A DNA stretch of 44,289 bases. It comes from an uncultured Pseudomonadota bacterium (GTDB lineage Bacteria > Pseudomonadota > Alphaproteobacteria > RF32 > CAG-239). Below are positions 38,701-44,289 of this stretch, in pieces. The stretch covers positions 1-44,289 of the forward strand of contig CADBSM010000054.1 of NCBI GenBank assembly GCA_902797315.1, in the 5' to 3' direction. Numbering within the stretch: position 1 is the first letter of the stretch; each line of letters opens with the position of its first letter. The notes under the pieces were generated by a model. It was not told the DNA's origin, did not search any database, and was given only the letters and a program-made list of their open reading frames with translations. The position numbers and the translations under genes are program-made.

Positions 38701-39894
38701 CTATTTCAGCGTCAGAACGACTTGACCGTTATAAGAAACGATCATATTCTCACCCTCGAAAGAGCAAGAATAACCGCTGACCACGGTGGAGAAATTGCCG
38801 TTCCGCCAATTCCAGTTTTCGAGGCTGGATTTGCGGATGGAACGGACACAAGTGTTTCCTTCGAAATACTTGATACCGTCTTCGGCATCCTGGGCGATGC
38901 AAGGCTTCCACGTTCCGTCCTGCAGGTAGTAGGCGCTGTTGCAGGATGAAAAATCACCTTCCCAAACATCACCATTTGCTACCATCTCGGCGGTCGGCTC
39001 TGCATTCATGGGAACAATCACCGTAATGGCGCTGTTCTCCTTGAAGAATACAAAAGCCTTGTGGGCCTCACGCTCACCTTTGCCATCAACGAGCTTGCCA
39101 TTTTCTGCCATCGCGGGGACGGCGGAAACAGCAAATCCCTTGAACGCGGGCTGGGCGGGCTTGGGCTGGACGGGGGCAATAGGAGCGATTTCCATCGTAC
39201 GGGTGTACGAAGTGGAAAGCTCAAACACCTCATCCTCAGCGTCTGCCTTCACAATTACCCCTTCGTAAACGACAGTCACGTCGTTCACCTCGGCGGTCTC
39301 GGAAGACAGAGCCTCGTTCTTGACGCTTTCAATAGACTTTACCTTGATGTCCTTGAACTCAGCGTTCAGGAGCTTCAGAGTGTCTGCCTTGGCGCTCTCA
39401 ACGAGAGTGCTTAAGTCAAGAACGTTGCCGTCCTTGAGGTCAGTGGTGTAGACGTCCTTAACGGAACGCTTGACCACATCACCTTCCTTCACCTCATTGG
39501 CATCATTAGCCTTTTTGGCGAAATTGAAGGTGGTTGCCTCAAGAGCCTCGCGGCTGTCAACTTTAACATTGACAGCATTGGCAAGGTTGGCTGCCAAAGT
39601 CAGGCGAACCACATTCGTGGTACGATTGACCTCTTCACCGTTTTTGATGGTGACGGTGGTGATGGTGTTATTCTGGTCAACAGTGTTGACCTCAACATCC
39701 TTCACCTCAAATTCCCCAACGTAAGAAACGGTGGCTTTGGTTTCAAGCACATCTTCAGATGCGGGCTGGGCGGGAGCGGACTTCTGATAAGTCTGAGCTT
39801 CCATTCCCCACATGCTGTCATCTTTGGTGCAGGAAACAAACATAGCGACGAGGCCAACCATCGCGATAACAAGGGCCGTAGTGTTCTTTTTCAT
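38701..39894 (-). CDS. Lipoprotein of unknown function with a Bacteroidota-style export signal (island gene 1)
   Basis: 397 aa. Signal peptide and lipobox are MKKNTTALVIAMVGLVAMFVS-C, followed by T-K-D-D. It continues with a beta-rich Val/Thr/Asn/Glu region, a Pro-rich linker (APIAPVQPKPAQPA) and a C-terminal domain with 4 Cys. The leader is A-rich with no SD. Confidence 0.65.
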   Translation of the reverse strand: MKKNTTALVIAMVGLVAMFVSCTKDDSMWGMEAQTYQKSAPAQPASEDVLETKATVSYVGEFEVKDVEVNTVDQNNTITTVTIKNGEEVNRTTNVVRLTLAANLANAVNVKVDSREALEATTFNFAKKANDANEVKEGDVVKRSVKDVYTTDLKDGNVLDLSTLVESAKADTLKLLNAEFKDIKVKSIESVKNEALSSETAEVNDVTVVYEGVIVKADAEDEVFELSTSYTRTMEIAPIAPVQPKPAQPAFKGFAVSAVPAMAENGKLVDGKGEREAHKAFVFFKENSAITVIVPMNAEPTAEMVANGDVWEGDFSSCNSAYYLQDGTWKPCIAQDAEDGIKYFEGNTCVRSIRKSSLENWNWRNGNFSTVVSGYSCSFEGENMIVSYNGQVVLTLK

Positions 39895-40089
39895 ATTTGA
39901 TTTATTTTTTGATTATCGATTTATTTAATTATCAAAGAACTCATGAAAAATCTTTCCTGACTTTTAATGATTACTATGATAATAGACAACACTTATATTT
40001 TTACATTCTCAATCTAACACATTTTTCAACAAAAAACAAGTGAAAAAAACACAAAAAATTATTTTTTTGTACAAAAAGTCAAAACAAGC

Positions 40090-40731
40090 CTAAAATTCGA
40101 CATTTTTTTCATGAGACAAGACCAAATCTTCAAAATCTTCCAAAAACCAGCTCAGTTCTTCTTCGTCATCTTTAATCATTTGCAGAACACGGTTTCTTAA
40201 GGTTAAGAGCATACTCGTTTCAGCAATTTTAAAATCAACAAGCAACAAGTCGTTTTGTCTTTGAGTAATCTTAAAATCGACTCGCACAGATTCAAGGTTT
40301 TCGGTTCTGAATTGCTCCGGAAGTTTAATCCGCGCATAAGCGTTTGTGAAAGGCTGACCTAAATCAATGCTTAAAACCTCAAAATTGATTCCTTTTGTTT
40401 CAAACTCAAGCGGATATGATTTATAAAGTGCTTTCAAATAGCGCGCAAACAAATTTTGAAAATGTGCCTTTTGCGATTCGTCCATTTTTTTGTAATAAAC
40501 ACCCAAAACAAATTTTGCGCCGTAAGAAACATCAAACTTTGTGTCAAACATTTGATCTAAGGTTTGATATTTGAGCCATTTGTCATCAGAGCCGATTGTT
40601 TCAATAAGCTTTTCACCTGTGTCATTTAAAAAAGCACGCACTTTTTCATCTGTCATTGCAGCATTCGAATCGAAAAAACACAGCAGAACACTAAAAAAAA
40701 TAAAGATTGCTTTCAAAAACCGATTTTTCAT
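40090..40731 (-). CDS. mlaC: MlaC/Ttg2D-family periplasmic phospholipid-binding protein
   Basis: It has signal peptide MKNRFLKAIFIFFSVLLCFFDSNAA and family-typical FD..FDVSYGAKFVLGVYYKKMDESQKAHFQNLFARYLKALY. I prefer the start at 40731 over the track's 40878. Confidence 0.7.
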   Translation of the reverse strand: MKNRFLKAIFIFFSVLLCFFDSNAAMTDEKVRAFLNDTGEKLIETIGSDDKWLKYQTLDQMFDTKFDVSYGAKFVLGVYYKKMDESQKAHFQNLFARYLKALYKSYPLEFETKGINFEVLSIDLGQPFTNAYARIKLPEQFRTENLESVRVDFKITQRQNDLLLVDFKIAETSMLLTLRNRVLQMIKDDEEELSWFLEDFEDLVLSHEKNVEF

Positions 40732-40835
40732 GATCAAAATTCCCTTTTCAAAGCTCATTTTAACACATAAGCAAGCAAGCTGTAAAGTCTTAATTCGAAA
40801 ATGCTTTGACGTTTTTTTGTGCCATGCGTATGAGA

Positions 40836-40905
40836 TGGCAAAACGAGTTTGGCATGACAATTTTTTGGGGGTTGTCATGACATTTTGGGCTAGTTGGCAA
40901 AACGA
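40836..40905. repeat. Direct repeats TGGCAAAACGA (x2) bracketing CATGACA(A)TTTT..GGG (x2), upstream of mlaC
   Basis: TGGCAAAACGA is at 40836-40846 and 40895-40905. The inner copies include the palindrome TGTCATGACA. Confidence 0.7.
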
Positions 40906-40914
40906 TTTTAATCA

Positions 40915-40946
40915 ACAAAAAAGAGCCTTCAAAAATAAAGGCTCCC
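40915..40946 (-). terminator. pgk terminator
   Basis: GAGCCTT-N8-AAGGCTC. On the minus strand it is followed by a T-run. Confidence 0.65.
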
Positions 40947-40967
40947 TTTGAAATAAGCATCAAAAAC

Positions 40968-42173
40968 TTATTTTTTCATCACCTCAACACCTGGCAAGGC
41001 TTTGCCTTCCATCCATTCCAAAAAGGCACCGCCTGCTGTTGAAATATAAGTCATTTTGTCTGCGACACCAGCACTCTCAAGCGCTGAAACTGTGTCACCG
41101 CCGCCGGCAACCGTGACAAGTTTGCCTTGCAAAGTTAAATCTGCCGCAAAACGAGCAACCGCATTTGTTGCTTCATCAAACGGCTTTAACTCAAACGCAC
41201 CTAAAGGTCCGTTCCATACAAGCGTTTGACATTCGCTCATCTTGGCTTTAATCAATTCCACAGTTTTTTGACCGACATCAAGCAAATGACCGTCTGATTC
41301 TATGTCATTCAAATCAACCGTTTTGTGCTCAGCATTTGCAGCAAATTCTTTTGCCCATACCAAATCGACAGGCAAAATAACCTCACAATGAGAAGTTTTT
41401 GCTGTTTCTAAAATCATGGAAGCTGTTGAAAGCATATCCATCTGAACAAGCGAATTCTGCTCGTTGATTTTGTCATACCCTAGTGCCTTCAAAAAAGTGT
41501 GCGCCATGCCGCCTGAAATCACAAGCTTATCAACTTTCTTTACTAAATTGTTTAATAAATCAAGCTTTGTTGAAACCTTTGAGCCACCAACAATTGCCAT
41601 TAAAGGACGTTGCGGATTGTTTAAGCCCTTGGTTAAAGCCTCTACTTCTTCACTCATCAAAAGCCCCATTGCCGAAGGCAAATTCTGAGCGGCAGCAACC
41701 ATTGAAGCGTGCGGTCTGTGCGCTGTTGAAAAAGCATCAGACACATAAACATCTGCCACCTTAACAAGCTCTTTTGCAAAAGCTTCATCACCCTTCTTCT
41801 CTTCGTTGTAAAAACGCAGATTTTCAAGAAGCAAAACTTCATCAGCACTCATTTGTTTGACAGCTGCTTGAACCTTTTCACCGATACAATCGTCAACAAA
41901 CACAACCTTAGAACCCAAGGCCTTTTGCAAATCGCCCACAATGTGTGCAAGCGAATTTTTTGTATCGCCTTTGCCTTCCGGTCTGCCAAAGTGTGAAACA
42001 ACAACAACTTTAGCGCCTTTTTGCATTAAAAGCTTAATGGTTGGCACAGTGCGATCAATGCGCGCCGTATTTGTCACCTCAAATTTTTCATTCATCGGAA
42101 CATTTAAATCGGCTCTCAGCATAACAACTTTGCCGCTTAAATCTCCTAAATCATCAATAGTTTTATATGCCAT
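40968..42173 (-). CDS. pgk: Phosphoglycerate kinase
   Basis: 401 aa with RADLNVP, SHFGRP and the C-terminal GGGDT...STAGGAFLE motifs. Confidence 0.97.
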   Translation of the reverse strand: MAYKTIDDLGDLSGKVVMLRADLNVPMNEKFEVTNTARIDRTVPTIKLLMQKGAKVVVVSHFGRPEGKGDTKNSLAHIVGDLQKALGSKVVFVDDCIGEKVQAAVKQMSADEVLLLENLRFYNEEKKGDEAFAKELVKVADVYVSDAFSTAHRPHASMVAAAQNLPSAMGLLMSEEVEALTKGLNNPQRPLMAIVGGSKVSTKLDLLNNLVKKVDKLVISGGMAHTFLKALGYDKINEQNSLVQMDMLSTASMILETAKTSHCEVILPVDLVWAKEFAANAEHKTVDLNDIESDGHLLDVGQKTVELIKAKMSECQTLVWNGPLGAFELKPFDEATNAVARFAADLTLQGKLVTVAGGGDTVSALESAGVADKMTYISTAGGAFLEWMEGKALPGVEVMKK

Positions 42174-42244
42174 TTTATTCTTTCCTTAACTACAAGAAAT
42201 ACCCCCTTGAGGATTGGCTCAAGAGGGTATGTCTTAAAAAATGT

Positions 42245-43261
42245 TTATTTTCTGTAGGCCTTTGCCATTGCAACTGCTGTGTCAGACATTTTGTTTGAGA
42301 AGCCCCATTCGTTGTCATACCAAGAAACAACTCTTACAAATTTGCCGTCAATGACCTTTGTTTGACCAGCATCAAAAACAGATGTGTTTGAATCTGTCAC
42401 AAAGTCTTGAGAAACAAGCGGCTCATCGTTATATTCCAAAATGCCTTTAAGCTCACCTTCTGCGGCTTTTTTCATAGCTGCGTTAATTTCTTCAGCAGTT
42501 GTTGCTTTTGTTGCATCAAATGTTAAATCAACCAAAGAAACATCAGGAGTCGGCACGCGAACAGCAGAACCTTCAAGTTTGCCTGCAAGCTCAGGCAAAA
42601 CCAAGCCGATTGCTTTAGCAGCACCTGTAGATGTCGGAATCATATTAAGCGCTGCAGCTCTGCCGCGATATGGATCTTTCGGGTGAACAATATCAAGTGT
42701 GCGTTGATCACCTGTGTAAGAGTGAATGGTTGTCATATAACCTTTTTCAATGCCGCAAACAGCTTGCAAAACCTTGCAAATAGGAGCCAAGCAGTTTGTT
42801 GTGCAAGATGCATTAGAAACAACTCTGTCATCTGCTGTTAAAGTGTTGTGGTTGACACCATAAACAATCGTTTTGTCTGCACCCTTTGCCGGAGCAGAAA
42901 CCAACACTTGCTTTGCACCAGCTTCTAAGTGAGCTGAAGCCTTTTCTTTGTCGGCAAACAAACCTGTACATTCCATCACAACATCAACGTCTAAGTCTTT
43001 CCAAGGCAGGTTATGCGGATCTTTTTCAGCAAAAACTTTGATTTTGTGACCATTAACTGTAATAGAATTTTCATCAGCTGTCACTTCACCTTTAAAACGA
43101 CCATGAACAGAATCATATTTAAGCAATCTTGCATTATCAATAGGTTTACCTAAATCATTGATTGCGACAAGCTCAATATCTGTTCTGCCTGATTCTACCA
43201 TAGCACGGTGTGTTAAACGACCGATACGACCATATCCATTAATTGCGACGCGAACGACCAT
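42245..43261 (-). CDS. gap: Type I glyceraldehyde-3-phosphate dehydrogenase
   Basis: 338 aa with INGYGRIGR, active site [12 protein letters not shown] and WYDNEWG. Confidence 0.97.
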   Translation of the reverse strand: MVVRVAINGYGRIGRLTHRAMVESGRTDIELVAINDLGKPIDNARLLKYDSVHGRFKGEVTADENSITVNGHKIKVFAEKDPHNLPWKDLDVDVVMECTGLFADKEKASAHLEAGAKQVLVSAPAKGADKTIVYGVNHNTLTADDRVVSNASCTTNCLAPICKVLQAVCGIEKGYMTTIHSYTGDQRTLDIVHPKDPYRGRAAALNMIPTSTGAAKAIGLVLPELAGKLEGSAVRVPTPDVSLVDLTFDATKATTAEEINAAMKKAAEGELKGILEYNDEPLVSQDFVTDSNTSVFDAGQTKVIDGKFVRVVSWYDNEWGFSNKMSDTAVAMAKAYRK

Positions 43262-43425
43262 ATTTATTTTCCTTCATTAAAAAAACAGTTACCTCTAAAA
43301 TAATAGAGTTGTGCGGACACCCCGCACGGGGGATTCTTTTTTCACCTTGAAATCTAACATCAAACACAAATTTTTCAAGCAAAAAAACAAAGAAAAGCTC
43401 ATTTTTTTTATCTGACTGAAAGACC

Positions 43426-43463
43426 AAACAAAAACAAAAGCCTTAGAAAAAAACTAAGGCTTT
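43426..43463 (-). terminator. Terminator of the Cys-rich gene
   Basis: AAAGCCTTAG-A7-CTAAGGCTTT. On the minus strand it is followed by TTGTTTTTGTTT. Confidence 0.65.
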
Positions 43464-43506
43464 TATTGGTGTGAACTAAAGCTGTACTATGGCACTTTTA
43501 AGAGCA

Positions 43507-44289
43507 TTACTCCTGATTTGCACAATACAGCTCCTGGCCGCTCATAACACAGTGACTGCAATTTGCATCAATGCTTCCTCGATAATATACCACATTAATA
43601 TCATTGACGCACTCATTGTTCCAGTTATCAATTTTATCTTTGTTCCAATTTAAGGCAACGACACACTCATCTTTAGAATAATGGTAAATTCCTCCCATTG
43701 GAATAGTCGTACAAACGTCATTATAGGCACCAAGTTTTGTTTTACAAGATGAAGTTGTACGACAGGAGAAGCCTGAACAGCTTTGAATTGTGTTGCCTAA
43801 AACCACAGCTAAGCTGCTTAAAGATTCATATCTTGACCGTGTGCAAACAGCCTCATAACAAGCGCCTGTGTTTGACCCGGTCGGATTTCCGACCCGTTTA
43901 CAAGATTCTCCCGCCTGAAGAATGTTTGAATTGGCTAACTTGCAGGCGTTTGCATTTTTATAATATGTTCCGCCGTTAGGACACTTCGGATCTATAACAG
44001 GGTCAGATGATTTAAGACAACAAGGCTTGCTTGCTGAGCCGTCCGAATTAGATACGTTATACAGAACACCCTCAATACACCTATCTCCTCTAAAAGGCGA
44101 AACAAACTCTGAACCGCACATTGCAAACAAACCGCCAGAATCAGCACATGCTATACATGTTCCGTTTTCTTGCGGGTCTCTTATCAAACCACACTGCAAA
44201 TCTTCGCACGATTTTGCAACTTTTTGAGAACATTTTGCATCGACAGAAACACACTTATAAAAAGCATCTTCTACACATTCTGAAGCTTC
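43507..44289 (-). CDS. Cysteine-rich protein, unknown function; 5' end lies beyond the window edge
   Basis: The frame stays open from 44199 to 44289 (EASECVEDAFYKCVSVDAKCSQKVAKSCED precedes the track's TTG start). I count 25 Cys in the 260 visible residues. It is Gly/Ser/Asn-rich with no TM segment. Confidence 0.55.
   Translation of the reverse strand, partial: EASECVEDAFYKCVSVDAKCSQKVAKSCEDLQCGLIRDPQENGTCIACADSGGLFAMCGSEFVSPFRGDRCIEGVLYNVSNSDGSASKPCCLKSSDPVIDPKCPNGGTYYKNANACKLANSNILQAGESCKRVGNPTGSNTGACYEAVCTRSRYESLSSLAVVLGNTIQSCSGFSCRTTSSCKTKLGAYNDVCTTIPMGGIYHYSKDECVVALNWNKDKIDNWNNECVNDINVVYYRGSIDANCSHCVMSGQELYCANQE

Larger units (their letters stand above)
37615..39960. other. Compositionally foreign insert (GC-rich, non-host codon usage, no SD sequences); right boundary uncertain within 39895-40089
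   Basis: Hand-counted 60-nt lines inside the insert give 34/60, 39/60, 40/60 and 30/60 G+C, against 22/60 just right of it and 26/60 inside pnp. AAG/GAG/AAC/GAC/ACC codons dominate here, whereas AAA/GAA/AAT/GAT dominate in the flanks. Confidence 0.7.

Noticed and set aside
38248-39724. A cluster of plus-strand and alternative-frame ORFs inside the GC-rich insert (38248-38565, 38722-38949, 38742-38975, 38939-39268, 39018-39233, 39061-39414 and 39470-39724).
   Set aside because: High G+C depletes stop codons in all frames, so such ORFs are expected by chance. Only the two minus-strand ORFs have signal peptides, coherent protein-like sequence and a terminator.
37615-39960. The insert as a classical mobile element, either an IS/transposon, an integron cassette with attC, or a genomic island at a tRNA.
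   Set aside because: I could identify no transposase or integrase, no terminal inverted repeats or flanking direct repeats, no tRNA target, and no RYYYAAC/GTTRRRY attC cores.
39895-40089. A Bacteroidota-type promoter (TTTG at -33, TAnnTTTG at -7) upstream of the island lipoprotein gene, and an AT-only palindrome TTTTTGTACAAAAA (40064-40077) as an mlaC terminator.
   Set aside because: No exact TAnnTTTG match was found in the 195-nt spacer. The AT-only palindrome is too weak to call as a terminator. The right boundary of the insert therefore stays undefined.
40836-40856. A sigma-54-type promoter suggested by the TGGCA...TTGGCA elements.
   Set aside because: The GG-to-GC spacing is about 15 nt rather than the required 10. 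The motif is also on the plus strand, where no downstream gene exists.
1-44289. CRISPR arrays, rRNA operons, prophage or toxin-antitoxin pairs.
   Set aside because: There are no regularly spaced direct repeats, no rRNA-like conserved blocks and no phage-structural or integrase-like ORFs. No small adjacent gene pairs with a TA-like arrangement were seen.

Overview
The window reads as a contiguous chromosomal segment of an AT-rich Gram-negative bacterium. The housekeeping synteny looks alphaproteobacterial (an inference from gene order, not from a search): yfgM-like/bamB/der, tkt and ssb, miaB-phoH-ybeY-lnt-XRE-trmB, truB-rpsO-pnp, and gap-pgk. Most of the 44 kb is ordinary core metabolism, RNA modification and envelope biogenesis. 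It also carries a tetR-acrA-acrB-type RND efflux operon and a membrane PAS-GGDEF diguanylate cyclase.

The main anomaly is a compositionally foreign insert of about 2.3 kb (about 37.6-39.9 kb) wedged between the pnp terminator and an mlaC-like gene:
- It is much more GC-rich than its flanks, with flipped codon preferences and no Shine-Dalgarno sequences.
- It encodes a two-gene minus-strand module: a 397-aa lipoprotein, whose residues after the lipidated Cys (C-T-K-D-D) resemble the Bacteroidota surface-lipoprotein export signal, followed by a 251-aa small outer-membrane beta-barrel.
- No mobility genes are visible. The explanations are a recent horizontal acquisition of an uncharacterised surface module or an assembly chimera.

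Other points worth a second look:
- An in-frame 16-nt homopolymer inside a sulfatase-family envelope transferase gene.
- A GC-enriched noncoding stretch of about 300 nt that ends in an intrinsic-terminator hairpin just upstream of the RBS of a 770-aa orphan effector-like ORF.
- Twin hairpins with identical apical 11-mers in the rpsO-pnp leader.
- An FNR/FixK-type palindrome in a divergent promoter region.
- A 5'-truncated, extremely cysteine-rich ORF at the right edge.

I found no rRNA, tRNA, CRISPR array, transposase or integrase.
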